DNA of 64,000 nucleotides from Octopus sinensis. Its lineage: Eukaryota. Location: NCBI RefSeq assembly GCF_006345805.1, contig NC_043003.1, forward strand, positions 65,968,001-66,032,000. Direction: 5' to 3'. Position 1 is the first letter of the stretch. The number at the start of each line of letters is the position of its first letter. Both the position numbers and the translations under genes were made by a program. Below the pieces are notes generated by a model. That model was not told the origin of the DNA, ran no database searches, and saw only the letters and a program-made list of their open reading frames with translations. This document shows positions 1 through 12,330 of the stretch, in pieces.

Positions 1-1099
1 CAATAATCAGTAAAAATAAAGCAGAGTGTAAAGTTTGAAGAAAAATATTTATGGGAAATATATCTCTGTTTTAATTTTAACTTTGTGGTTTGTGTAAAGC
101 AACATTGCAAAAACAGTTCTATACATAATTGCTATATGTATGAGAACATGAGCCGCAATGCTTGCGTCTCGATTAACAGAGCGCGTGATCCGATATTTAT
201 TTACCGCTGAAACAATACTGTCGATATAAAAAGAACATCAATAACATTGACTTTGCTAATGGGTATCTTTGATTATTTCACACGAGAAATTTCAGATAAA
301 TTATCGGCAATCTGTTTGTGTGATATTCTTATTCGCTGCAGAGTAGCTAAATACTATCGGTGAACATACCAATGGAAACATAGTGTACGATATAAAAGTA
401 CCAAAGGTGAGAGCGTTAGATCAGGCTGTCCCCTCTCTTATAACAAAGAAATGTTTCAAATATGTTGAGATATAAGACACAATATATTTGCTCCTTTAAG
501 ATTGGGCTTTGTCTACAAACGTTTGGTTCAAAATATATTGCTATTTCTTATCCATTTCTCGCAGGCATTTCCTGCTATCATACAAAATGTATAACTTGTA
601 CAATAGCACGATAATGTGATAAATGGAGAAATTTAATATACATATATGCGAGTAAGATCCTGATCGGATATAAAATGCCATTTGGAAAGAAGCTCTAAGA
701 GAAAATGGTAAACCGATATCTTATTTCTGTTAAAATCAGTTGAATCATGAAAGCAAGTGATTTCCGTAACGCTGTTATTCCGTTTAGAGATGCCAAACGG
801 ACAATACATTTTCTTGTATGATAAGAAAAAAAGTGGCCTGGATTTCTCATTAGAATTTCCTATATGATGGAAATTCTTTCTTAGAATACCGAAAGCACAT
901 TGCTATGTAATCCTTCTTTGTGTATGTGCCTTGTTATAAAACCTACACATCAAATCTCTTTATTGGTAATCCAGATATTCGGCCTATGTTAATGTCTTTA
1001 TTTCGACACTAAGTTAACATGTCGAGCGTTAGTTTATTTTTATTATCTTAAAAGACAGAGTAGTGATTCAGTGCAAAATAGTGATTTTACAAAATTAAG

Positions 1100-1356
1100 A
1101 TATATATACGTACATATATACATGCATACATACATACACATGAAGAAAGCAAGTGAGAGAGTTGTGTATCTGTGTGTCTGTGCGTGTTTACATATGTATA
1201 TATACAAATACACTTACATATATATATTTCTATTTCTATATACAGACACATTACATACACATACACAAACATGTGTGTATATATATATGTGTGTGTGTGT
1301 GTACCTATGCATATACATATATATACATATGTATGTATATACATATGTATATATAC

Positions 1357-1388
<32 letters not shown>

Positions 1389-1445
1389 TCATATATATAT
1401 GCATGTATACATGTATGTACGTACTATGTAATTATGTATGTAACA
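1100..1445. repeat. Compound (TA)n/(CA)n/(TACA)n microsatellite
   Basis: Alternating dinucleotide tracts read directly; they produce the IY/CV-rich ORFs at 1071-1469. Confidence 0.95.
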
Positions 1446-2268
1446 TACGTAAAAAATGAAAACTTTTAAAATGTGAAAAAAGGAAAAAAAGACGAGATCA
1501 ACTTTTCGTGTCAACATTATCGTGTTTTAAGTGCTTATGTGTTAAAATATTCTGGAAACTGCTGGTTTAACAGATTTAATGTACTTTCCTTGACAAAGCA
1601 ATCGCATTTATGGATCTGTAGGATGTCTATATAGGCAACAGAATACAACGAATATGAAGTCGTAACATGGCTGCATTTCTGACAAGCAAAGGCTGTTTTA
1701 ATAAATCGGTTCTACTCTTCCATCCGTTCTGATCGCGTGACATGTTTGCCGGGCATTTTCAGTGTCACTAGGCTGTCTACACCATCCAAAATCATTTCTA
1801 TTTTGCTTATTTTAGTTATTGGACTTTGGCCACAATGGGGCACTGTCTTGGAGTGTTTAGTCGAACAAATCTAGTTTTTATGTCTCGTTTTTTTTTTACT
1901 CTTATTTATTCAATTTCAATTTTGTACATTACAGGTGATACACAAAACATAATGCTGCTTAAAATATATTTCCAAAGTGTTCATGCATCTTGTATAATAC
2001 ATATTTCCAATTATTTTCAACGACTATGGTAACTTGCAACTTATGAAATGAGAACGTTATATTACTCAGAACGTACGATGAAACAAAGGCCAAATAAACG
2101 TCTGAAAGTATGCATGGGCATTTAGGACAAACTTATGAAAATTCTTTGAACAGGCAAAGGGTTAATTTACCAAACAGCTCTTGTATTATCAATACAGCCA
2201 ATGAAAACTGGTGTCGTATATTTATATGAGCAGCACACAGAAATATGAGAGTCTTTTCTCAGCATATA

Positions 2269-3150
2269 CGCGGTCTGATCAATAAGTATCCGGTCTGTTG
2301 CCATAGTAACGAAGCTAAAATACGAAGAGTAAAGCCGCTAGGCAAAAGTTGACCTTGAACTCTGTTGTGTATGTACATTACGTTTTGGAGTTCTAGCTCA
2401 CTTCCACTGTTTACTGCAGTGATTGGAAGGAAGCTGTGTAGCGTGTGATCGTCGTATTGACCATGACAGAGAAAGTTCTCATGATGATACCTGCTCAGAG
2501 GCCTACGCAAAGTTTCTGAAAGTGTATGAAGAAAAGGGTATGAGCTGCCCACATGTGTACGATTGGTTGAGACGTTTCCAAGATGGCTGAAAAAGCACCA
2601 ATATTCACGAACGTTTAGAGAGACGCACAACTAGCATAACTCAGAAAAACATCGTAGATGTGCATTTAGCTGTCAGTTGAAGTCGTTGAATCACCATCCG
2701 TGAGTTATCAGAGTTATGAGAGGATGTGAAGATTAGTTACGGTTTTGTTCAGTCCATTTGGGTATGAGACGCGTGTCTGCCACGTTTGCGCCAAAACTGC
2801 TTTCAGCTGACCAACAAAACATTCGGGTTTCAGTTCTACAAAATTTCCTTAACTGTGTCGAGAATGATGAAAAATTCTGAAGATTTAGCGTAGGCCTCTG
2901 ACCAGGTATCGCCAAGCTTTTGGCAAAATTTGAAACAGATTTTCTGCTCTACTTTCTCTCTCATGTTGAATGCAACGATCACACGCTACATACCTTCCTT
3001 CCAAACACTGTTGTAAATAGCGGAAGTGGGATAGAACGTTAAAACTTAGTGGGCATGCACAGCAACGTTCACGGTCAATCTGTGCCAAGCGGCTTCACGA
3101 TGTGCCTTGTTACTATAGCAACAGTCCGGATACTTATTGATCAAACCACG
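2269..3150 (+). mobile_element. Non-autonomous mariner derivative with long inverted arms
   Basis: TA-flanked TIRs: cgcggtctgatcaataagtatccggtctgttgccatagtaac and gttactatagcaacagtccggatacttattgatcaaaccacg. Internal transposase pieces DDTCSEAYAKFLKVYEEKGMSCPHVYDWLRRFQDG and LGMRRVSATFAPKLLSADQQ match the mariner N-terminal HTH and WVP-linker regions. Confidence 0.9.
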
Positions 3151-3442
3151 TAAAACTATTACTGTGAATATACGTCACTGACAACACGACCAATGATGAA
3201 AATATTGCATTTACTTTTAACAAGCATTTACTACAACAGAAATTGCGGCTTGAAGTTCCAAAATAACGTAGAGACTGCTTCACGTAATTAAAAGAGTTTG
3301 TCTTTAGAGTAATACAAGAATAATTACAGAAAATAATGTGATATTGTGTAGATATTAATTTTGCTTTTTGCTGCAACATATATTTCTTAGAAAAGTCGAT
3401 TAATCATAGAAACGTGTATCGGTGTTAAAAAAAAACAACATA

Positions 3443-3865
3443 CAGGCGTATGGGTGATAAGGAGCTTGCTTCCCAACCGCATGGTTCCGGGTTCAGTCCC
3501 ACTACGTGGCACATTTGTCAAATGTCTTCGACTCTAAGTCTCAGGCCGACCAAAGCCTTTTGGGTGAATTTGGTAGACGAAAACTGTAAGAATCCTGTCG
3601 TATATATATGCTTTATATGTTTATGCGCGCGCATGTGTCTTTGCGTTTGTCCTCATCACCGCTTGAGAACCGGCGCTGGTGTGTTTACGTTATCGTCAAT
3701 TAGCGGTTCGGCAAAAGAACCCGATAAAATAAGTGCTAGGCTTGCAAAGAATAAATCCCGTGGCGGGGGGGGGGGATTTCTTCGACTACAAAAGCAATCC
3801 TTTTAAGGCGGTGCACCAGTATGGCCAAAGTCAAATTACTGAGAGAAATAAAAGAATAAAAGAGT
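3443..3865 (+). mobile_element. SINE-A (tRNA-derived), diverged full-length copy
   Basis: Head with B-box-like ggttccgggttcagtccc, internal TA/TG tract, tail aaggcggtgcaccagtatggcc; homologous to 61545-61930. Confidence 0.85.
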
Positions 3866-3869
3866 ACAT

Positions 3870-4170
3870 CTGAAGTAGACGGTGGTCACTCCTGTTGCAA
3901 GCGACAGTTGAGGGTGCCTGAACCCCTGGCTGAGTAACCTACAGAGATGATTGGCTTATAGTAATCAAGTGATTGTATGGCAATTTAGCTCATTCTCTCC
4001 ATCAGATCAACTTTGTACAGCTGCACGATGTGCCATACATCAGATATCCAGGTGGTCGTAGATCAACGTCAAATTAAATGCATTGCTAGTGAACACAACT
4101 CACTGTTCTGTCCAGGAATCGAAAATATGATATGGAGATCGCGAATGAACACCCTAACCATTGGGGCACA
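3870..4170 (-). mobile_element. Other tRNA-derived SINE, diverged
   Basis: Minus strand starts gtgccccaatggttagggtgtt...ttttcgattcctgg (A/B-box-like). Confidence 0.55.
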
Positions 4171-4980
4171 TAGATACTGTGCACGTAAATAGATAATATC
4201 CGAAATAATTCATTTTTTAGCAATTAGGAAAGACGTTGAAGGAGGAACATGGAATATATTCTGTAAACTTATAGCATGCATAAATATATTGAAATATTTC
4301 TTGAGCTATTCATGCAGAAATTCATTACTTCAGCGCAGAGCGCTACGAGATGGAAAATAAAAAATTGCTGATACAATAAAGCAATCAAATGCTACGCAGA
4401 GACACACACATGCGTGTACACAGACACACACATGTATAACCTTGTATACACATACTTGCACACAAACACACTCACGCACACACATATAGAGACATATGCA
4501 TGCGCATATCCATACTTACATATATACACAGAAGCCTTCATAAATATGTACACACATATATGTACATATATACACATGTCGAGTTAGAAGTATCTGCCAT
4601 ACAGTAGTTCTATACACTGAAAGACCAGCTCATTGATTTAGCGTACGAAGTGGCTGAATTTTCCATGAAACCTGTACTCTTAATGGAAAACTACATATTC
4701 TTCGCGTGACATAAGGTGAAATGAAAGTTCTACTACACTCCATATGATGGAGTTTAAAAGGATTCGCTTACGCAACTTCATTCTGAAGGTTTGGGTCGAA
4801 TAGAGGGCAAGAAAATGTATTTAGCCAAACAGTAACTGATCTTTATCATGAAGGAAATATTGCCGCGGGGCTTTTAACATTTAAAGGAAAGGTATAACTT
4901 TATCAACCAATAACAGAAGAAACCGTTCCTTGAGGATTGAACAAATAAACCACGCACAAGTACAGAAACACATATATTTC

Positions 4981-5120
4981 TTTATTGCCCACAAGGGGCT
5001 AAACATAGAGGGGATAAACAAAGAGAGACAAAGGGATTAAGTCGATTACATTGACCCCAGTGCGTAACTGGTACTTTATTTATCGACCCCGAAAGAATGA
5101 AAGGCAAAGTCGACCTCGGG
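4981..5120 (-). mobile_element. SINE-B, 3' half
   Basis: Reverse complement of gtcgactttgcctttcat...gtcgataa...gtaccagttacgcactggggtc...ccccttgtgggcaataaa. Confidence 0.9.
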
Positions 5121-5189
5121 TTACAGAAACACATAGGGAAACAAATGTAGATATTCATATTATATATGCGCGTGTGTGTATGTATTATA

Positions 5190-5320
5190 TGACGGCCTCT
5201 CAGCTTCTGCACAGTTTCCGTCTAACAAATTCACTCAAGAAAGCACAGTATCACTCGAGGTTATATTAAAGGTCACTTGCACAAAATGGAATGAACGCTA
5301 AACCATGTGTTTGCTTCTTA
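5190..5320 (-). mobile_element. SINE-A head remnant
   Basis: cagtttccgtctaacaaattcactca...aaccatgtg resembles the SINE-A 5' half. Confidence 0.55.
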
Positions 5321-5475
5321 ACAGCAGAGGTAAGCCAGCATTATACATATACATACACACATACGCACACACACATATATACACACAAATGAGTATGTGT
5401 ATATATATATATGTGTTGTTGCGTGTGTGTATATGTGTGTGTGTGTATAAATATATATATACTCACACATACACG

Positions 5476-6302
5476 CAGGGTGTGATGAGTAAATTGCTAC
5501 CTATATGGTAGGGACAGTTGGATATCGTCTATGAGGAAAACAGCTCCATGACGCAATTCACTCTGCCAGAAATTTGGGAACAACATGCTGTGCTGCTTGG
5601 CATTCGCGCCGGATGCTCCAATACAAACCTTTCAAAGTGTTTGGGTGTCGATCTGAGGAGAGCGTAATTTGAGGACATGTACCAAGAGTGATAAAAATCA
5701 AACATCCAATCAACATCATGGTGTTTGGAGTGATCACTAGTGAAGGCGACGCTATACCACCATTCATCTTCCCACACGGCCTCCCACTCAACACGGAGGC
5801 GTACATCAATTGGTTAGAGGAAGTAATACTGCCCTGTGTCAAGTGGGTGACTGCTAGAAGACCCTATATCTGTCAACAGCACTCTGCTACATGCTACACA
5901 AACAGGAGAACCCAGTCATGGCTGTCAGAGAATCTCTGCGACCACATCACCCATAATATTAGGCCGCTTAACTCCCCAGACTGCAACCCCCTTGATTATT
6001 ATGTGTGCGGTGCAGTTGATCGAGAGACAAAAAAACCCCTTGTAACACCAAAAATGAACTGAAAGCAAGGATTATGGTAGCATTCACCAACTTAAACAAG
6101 AGTACCGTCCAGAAGAGTTGCAGGAAATTCCGAAGCCATCTGAAGGCTATGGTTGAAGCCAATGGCGATTCTATTGAATAAATTTATTCTTTAGTATTCC
6201 AATGTGTTTTTATATAATTTTGGTAAATATATGTTAAAATGAGATGCCAGTGTTATTTTCAGTTTTGCGTAATTTGAACAAGAGTTTATTCACCACGCGC
6301 TG
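5476..6302 (+). mobile_element. Internally deleted DD37D (maT-like) Tc1/mariner transposon
   Basis: ORF 5688-6062 has KHPINIMVFGVITSEGD and QQHSATCY...NSPDCNPLDYY. There are 37 residues between the second catalytic position (here H) and the third D. The C-terminus KNELKARI...EANGDSIE* follows a frameshift. Degenerate TIRs: cagggtgtgatgagtaaa / tttattcaccacgcgctg. Confidence 0.9.
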
Positions 6303-6316
6303 CATCTATCTATCTG

Positions 6317-6415
<99 letters not shown>
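6302..6415. repeat. (TATC)n microsatellite
   Basis: Near-perfect tetranucleotide array. Confidence 0.97.
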
Positions 6416-7339
6416 GTGTGTATGTGTATTTATAAATATATACTATTTTACGGACAAGTAATGGCACTCGTTCTTTTCGCAGACCTTTTTCGTATTTTCA
6501 TCCTGTCTAGACTTGAGCCATGTTTGAAACGTCACTGCTAATATTCAATATGAAACTATCACTGAGCGTCAATCTTATGTATCGATTGTCTACATCGAAT
6601 TGATTTTTGATGCATCTTCTTGTTTATATATATATATATTTGATTTATCATATATGTGTATTTTTGGTGTTACAAGGGTTTTTTTTGTCTCCCGATCACA
6701 CACATGTGAGATACATATCTTTAAGTACACGCATAGCCATATACATGTGATAAATAAAGATATACATATATACATAAACCTATAATATATGAGTGCGTGT
6801 TTGTATTCAAAAATATAGATATAAGAAAAGTATATAAAGTATAAATACATATGCACACGTTGTTGAATAGTCACTGACTACACATGCGTTCCTCCACCGT
6901 TTGTCGGTTTTACTTTTCGCCCTGTAGTGTATTCAACAATCTGAATTATACAACCGGTTGTACTGGGTAACATATAACTGGTAGCGCTCAAGAACGGCCT
7001 CCTGTTTCGATTCAAATTGCCGAACGTCTGGATTACTAGGCAGTAAAGAAACCAACACCCGTCTTCTAGTTGTGGTGTAACTCAAATACAAAACTCCGGA
7101 TTATCTGCTCCTTTCCTTCCCTCTGGACTTTTTCCTCCTTCAAACGAACAGTATTAATCGATGCGCCATTTCCAGCATACTTTTTTCCGTCTAAAAGTTT
7201 TGCTGATGGTCAAACTAATATATATATATATCATACAATAAGGTATTATAATAATATATTGATATATTAAGTTATATTAAATACATTCTAATGTAGATGT
7301 CTATAGCAATTAAAACCAAAAAGGCAAAATAAATAAACG

Positions 7340-7351
7340 ATGGTGATATAT

Positions 7352-7394
<43 letters not shown>

Positions 7395-7406
7395 TATATA
7401 TATATA

Positions 7407-7475
<69 letters not shown>

Positions 7476-7476
7476 G

Positions 7477-7545
<69 letters not shown>

Positions 7546-7557
7546 GAGAGAGAGAGA
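7340..7557. repeat. (TA)n followed by (GA)n
   Basis: Read directly. Confidence 0.97.
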
Positions 7558-7844
7558 AAAGTCAAGATAGAAAATGCTAAAATGATTTGATAAAAACATT
7601 TCAGTACCGGTTTCAGTCATTGAGACTTTTTCAATTGTAACAATTAAACAATTAAATTTAGAAAAATTAAAAGAGAAATTTATATATATATATATATATA
7701 TCTAGGTTATAAGAGGTAATGGTGTCATTGAGACATTACGTGTCAGGTAATGCTGAATAAGTTCTATAGACAGACCATAGTTATGTTCCAGGTTCGGTAA
7801 TTTTGTGAATAAGGCGTTCAAAGTTGGTTCTATGTCAGCGTCTG

Positions 7845-8260
7845 TATATAAGAATTTTTTGCGTAATGAGATAAAAAAAAACAAGGCTGTGTAGATATTA
7901 GAAGATTTATAGATAAAATGTCTTACAGCTGTTTCCAGGATATTTATTGATTATATCCCTTCATCGGAGACAGTGTGAGAGGATGGTTAAGTCATAGTTA
8001 GTTCAGATGTAATACAAAATAGAGAGTGAGGTGGAGGAAAGAAAATAGATGCAAGATATGTAGTGATATTGAAGTTGTAGATCCACTTTTTAGGCAGAAT
8101 AGTGTATATGTAAGATCCAATACCTTATGAGAATGGTATATATGTAAGATTCCAATACCTTATGAGTAATGTCCAACAGAGTTTAAAATGGGTCCTTCCA
8201 TACCGTTTATACACAATGTAAGATTCCAATCATACAGTGTGTATAAACTCTTTTGGTTTA
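7845..8260 (-). mobile_element. Dispersed repeat (second copy 59761-60190), probable PLE terminal region with a hammerhead-like motif
   Basis: About 400 bp of colinear similarity with 59761-60190; hammerhead-like fold at 7919-7972. Confidence 0.6.
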
Positions 8261-8261
8261 T

Positions 8262-8395
8262 ATCTACCAAATCTATTCACAAGTTGGCGCCTGTTATAAT
8301 AGAGGATACCTGCCTAAGGTGACACATAATGAGACTGAACTCGGAACCCTGTGGTTGTAAAGCAAACTTTTTACCATTCAACCACGCCGGCACTT
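8262..8395 (-). mobile_element. SINE-A head fragment
   Basis: gagactgaactcggaaccctgtggttg...ttttaccattcaaccacgcc is the reverse complement of the SINE-A head. Confidence 0.7.
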
Positions 8396-8994
8396 GAAGA
8401 TATATATATATATATATGCATACAAACGTACATACAAACAACCACATACGCACAAACACATACACTATATACGTGTGTGTGTGTGTGTGTGTTTATAAAC
8501 AATAATCACTCCTAGATATTTCCGGGCCTATTGAAATCTTTATTTTATTGATAGATTTATATTTCAATAATTTAAAGCATTAATTAAATAAATATGTTGT
8601 TTTCGTTTTGGCTCTTTGTCATTCACGTGCTTTTGGCAATAAATCTATGGAAATTTATCAATTTAGCAGTTCGGTTTGTGTTATATTTTATATCAACAAA
8701 GAAATCAAGGAACGTTTTAAATTCGGAAAACAGCTTCTGGCAGGCCAATTACATTCCAAGTAGCATTGGAATCTTTATTGAAGTCAATTGATTTCACTTA
8801 CGCTAATTATTCCCTTGTTAAAATTTATTATGCTCACACAGACTTATTCGATTATCTTCACTATATACCCTTGTGTAAAATAGAGAATCACAAATGCTAA
8901 TATAGTCTTTTCATCTGTGACACATTACTTGTTTCTGTTGCAGAATTGGTCTATTCGCAGGCATTACGTCTTAATCGAACATAAACGCTGCTGA

Positions 8995-9365
8995 GGATGC
9001 ATGTTAAGAAGTCTGGTTGACAACCACCAGTTATTGGGTTCAGTCCCACATTGTGGCACTTTGGATACATGTCTTCCATTATATAGTTTTGTGAATATAG
9101 CCTTGTGAATGGGTTTGGTAGAAGAAAACTGAAAGAATCCCATCGTATGTGTGTGTGCGTGTGTTTATGTCTGGGTTTGCCCGTCTCCACCGTTTGATAA
9201 TCACTTTTTGGTATATTTACTAACCCGTGACTTAGTGGTTCGGCAAAAACTACTAATGGAATAACTTCAGAAAGAAAGTACTGGAGTCACTCCGTTCGAC
9301 GAAAATCATTCAAGACGGTACCCCAGCGTGGGCGCAATCTAAAGACAGATACTAATAAAACATAA
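8995..9365 (+). mobile_element. SINE-A, old full-length copy
   Basis: gggttcagtcccacattgtggcac...aactgaaagaatccc...ttagtggttcggcaaaa. Confidence 0.8.
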
Positions 9366-9575
9366 ATGATAGGGGATATCAAATCCAGTACTAATTTCTC
9401 TCTTTAAAATCTTTTAATTATTTTCTTGTCCTCTTTTATCAGAATGCTAAGCTGGAATGACGTAAACAAACCAATAAATGTTGATACGCGGTAGGAGGAC
9501 AAAAACAGACATCAAGAGACACATACGTGCATATATATATATATACACACACAAATACATATACATATATATACA

Positions 9576-9612
<37 letters not shown>

Positions 9613-9699
9613 GTATATCTATCTATCTGACTATTTATCAATCTCTCTCTCTACATATATATATATAGCTCTCCACTAGTATTTGTTTGTCTTTCAAGG

Positions 9700-10035
9700 C
9701 TGCTGAAGAGGACTAAGGTGTTATAATGGAGGCAGTCGAGTGCAGATCAGTTATCAGGTTCTTATACTTGAGAGGTCGTACACCAAAAGAAACTTTCCAT
9801 GAGATGAAAGAAGTTTTATGATGACGATGCATCATCATACAACGTGGTCAACCACTGGTGTCGCCAGTTCAAATGTGGTCGGACATTGGTGGAAGCTGCA
9901 CCCATTCTTGGATGACCACATTACGGCATTGATGACGACACAACCCTTAGAGTGGAGGCTGCCATTCCTCATCTTCTTACTCTCCCGACCTTGCACCATC
10001 TGACTCACCCTTCTTTGCAAACGTGAAGTTTTTTG
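9700..10035 (+). mobile_element. Mariner transposase remnant, internally deleted
   Basis: ATG at 9726: MEAVECRSVIRFLYLRGRTPKETFHEMKEV/YDDDASSYNVVNHWCRQFKCGRT, joined to YSPDLAPSD (tactctcccgaccttgcaccatctgac). Confidence 0.85.
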
Positions 10036-10039
10036 TTTT

Positions 10040-10900
10040 CAGGGGGTGACAAGTTTCATGCAGTAATCTGAAAAAATCTGACTTTGAAGATACTTCCTTC
10101 TTCTTTTTATGAAGTGTCCAGCCTACTATGCCCCAGAATTGTTCAATAGAATTTATATCTGGCGACTGGGTTCGCTATGGGAACCTTATATTGCCATTCT
10201 CATCCAACAAATCTTGAGTTACTTTAGCCGAGTGACAAGTATCCCCATCTTCCACAAATAAAGAGTCTTCTTTAATCATTTCACCACTGGAGAAGATTGG
10301 AAGGTGTTCTTTCTGCAATATGGACACATATATATATCTGAGTATATGTTTTCATCAAACTCCACCAGCTCTGATCAGCCATTGCTCCAAATTTCTCCCC
10401 AGATCATCACAGAATAACTGTCTTGCTTCATTTTCGCTGCAATCATTTCACATCAAATTCTTGATCACAGAATCTCCGGACCCACGCTCGACCACTGTCA
10501 GGAAATACAGTAAATGTGAACTCATCATAGAATATGAGAGTGTCTCAAAATGCTAGTGGCCTCTCCCCCATCTCACTGGCCCAATCCTTACCCCGCTTGA
10601 TGCTGGCTGCTCGAAGTAGCTTCCTTCTTACTGCTCTGACATAGTAATCAAGTTTGCTATGTCAGAGGCATTGCTACGAGGATTAAACTCCACAGTTCTC
10701 TTAACGAAGAGAAGGGTCCTGTTAGAGGCCTCTGGTTGATCTGGACGAGGTGATGTATACTCCTTCCCCTCTCTAGTACATTGCACAACCACTCTATTAA
10801 CTGTAGACAGCGGGGTCCTAGGGTTTTCTGTGATTTTACGCAATGTCCACGTTCAGAATGACGCACAATATAGCCTCTTTGAAATTCAGACAGCTTCAAG
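10040..10900 (-). mobile_element. Tc1-family transposase pseudogene
   Basis: Minus-strand pieces in order: LSEFQRGYIV, PLSTVNRVVVQ, IFYDEFTF...GRAWVRR, SVMIWG, EDGDTCHSAK, QSPDINSIEQFWG. These correspond to Tc1 FSDES, QDNAPCH and SPDLNPIEHLW. Confidence 0.85.
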
Positions 10901-11532
10901 GTTTTTTTATTTTCTTTTTACATGCTATGATTAAACAGTCACATTAGAACCTGAAACAAAGATGTCAATTAATAAAAGATATAAAAATCTTTACAAGTTC
11001 GAATAAACATGTTTTATGGCGTGTTAATTTACTTCTCTCATGTCTATGTATATCTATATATGTGCGTGTGTGTGTGCGTGTGTGTATTTACATATATGCC
11101 AAATTTCATTGGCATATAAACATTACTATATATATATATCGTAATGTTTATTTCCCAACGGAATGTGGCAATTGTATAAAAGACGATGTTGCTGTTTTTT
11201 AGCCCCAGGAAAGCATCACTTCCAGCAAGCTATCAAAACATAGTTTGTGTCTGTATAGCATTTGCAAGGGAGGTCATTGCTCCCATTTCTAGCCTTACCT
11301 GAAACTCACAGACCTCGGTTTCTGGATCAGATGTAGCACGGTATATTGGCAGTGAACAGTTCGCGGGTTCAAATCGACGAACATTTTTTGAGAAATTAAA
11401 TTTAAATACTGAAATGAGTATAACGGTTTTGTGTGTGTCTTTTAATGGCTTATAAACTCCTCCCACGCTGAAATTGTATATATGTGTTTGTGTATGTATG
11501 TGTGTGTGTGTGTGTGTGTGTATGTGTGTGTG

Positions 11533-12240
11533 TTACTCTGCATCTCAGCCTCTGTGGCAAATATTTATTGTGCAATCGTTTGCAAACATGAACTCGCACA
11601 TTTTCTCCTCTTCCAGTCTGGTCTTGACCTGTGGTTTCCTTAGCTTGAGGGGGTCTGTCATCAGTCGTGAATCTGGTGTTGATTATGCTTTCGTCGTCGT
11701 TAGAGAAGTCTTCATGCAGAATAGGAGAAAACAACATGCTGAACAGTGTAAGTATGAGTACACAGCCCTGCTTGACTCCGTTAGTGAGAAATGTGTTATA
11801 TATCAATTGGCAATACAAAGTCCCAGTCACAGAAAACCTCTCCCGAGCTAATCCGCCAAGCATTTACACACACTGCTGAGGAGAATGGAAATCAGGTGGT
11901 CAGGCCACTTTGTTCGAAGTTTTGACACGCAATTGCCCAATTAACTGTTTAATAGCGAACTGATTCCCGCAAGGTGGAGAATGAAAGCATTTCAAGGTCA
12001 TTGAAAGCGTCACTAAGGAGCTTTGAGATTAACCCCGACACCTAGGAGAGCTGCACCAAAAGAATTGCCATCTTCTAGGAACAGAACACGATTGGAGGGA
12101 CACAACGAAAATGAGTAATTCGCATGTCCAGAGCTAACCTCTTGACTTCGGCTCTGATAGCCCGCCAGTATCTGTCCTAAATCAGAGACTTCCGAGCACG
12201 CATGGGACTGATTGACCGCAGTCGGTTACTCTGTGTCCCT
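11533..12240. mobile_element. RTE-clade LINE remnant with inverted 5' segment
   Basis: Minus 11795-11533 encodes TNGVKQGCVL..TLFSMLFS...RELMFANDC...EAEMQ (RT core). Plus 11800-12240 encodes INWQYKVP...RWSGHFVR...LKASLRSFEIN...FRARMGL (RTE C-terminus). Confidence 0.85.
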
Positions 12241-12259
12241 CCTTCACCCATGTTATAAC

Positions 12260-12296
12260 CTTTGTTATCGTCGACACGGACGGTTGAACTAATTAA

Positions 12297-12330
<34 letters not shown>

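Noticed and set aside
1934-2027. AG/GT-bounded open segment (GDTQNIMLLK...)
   Set aside because: AT-rich and unrecognisable as protein; such splice-like pairs arise by chance.
8944-8985. LVYSQALRLNR, similar to a PLE thumb motif
   Set aside because: Only 11 residues with no flanking similarity.
9703-9720. CTGAAGAG motif (also at 19984)
   Set aside because: No hammerhead stems or correctly placed GAAA.
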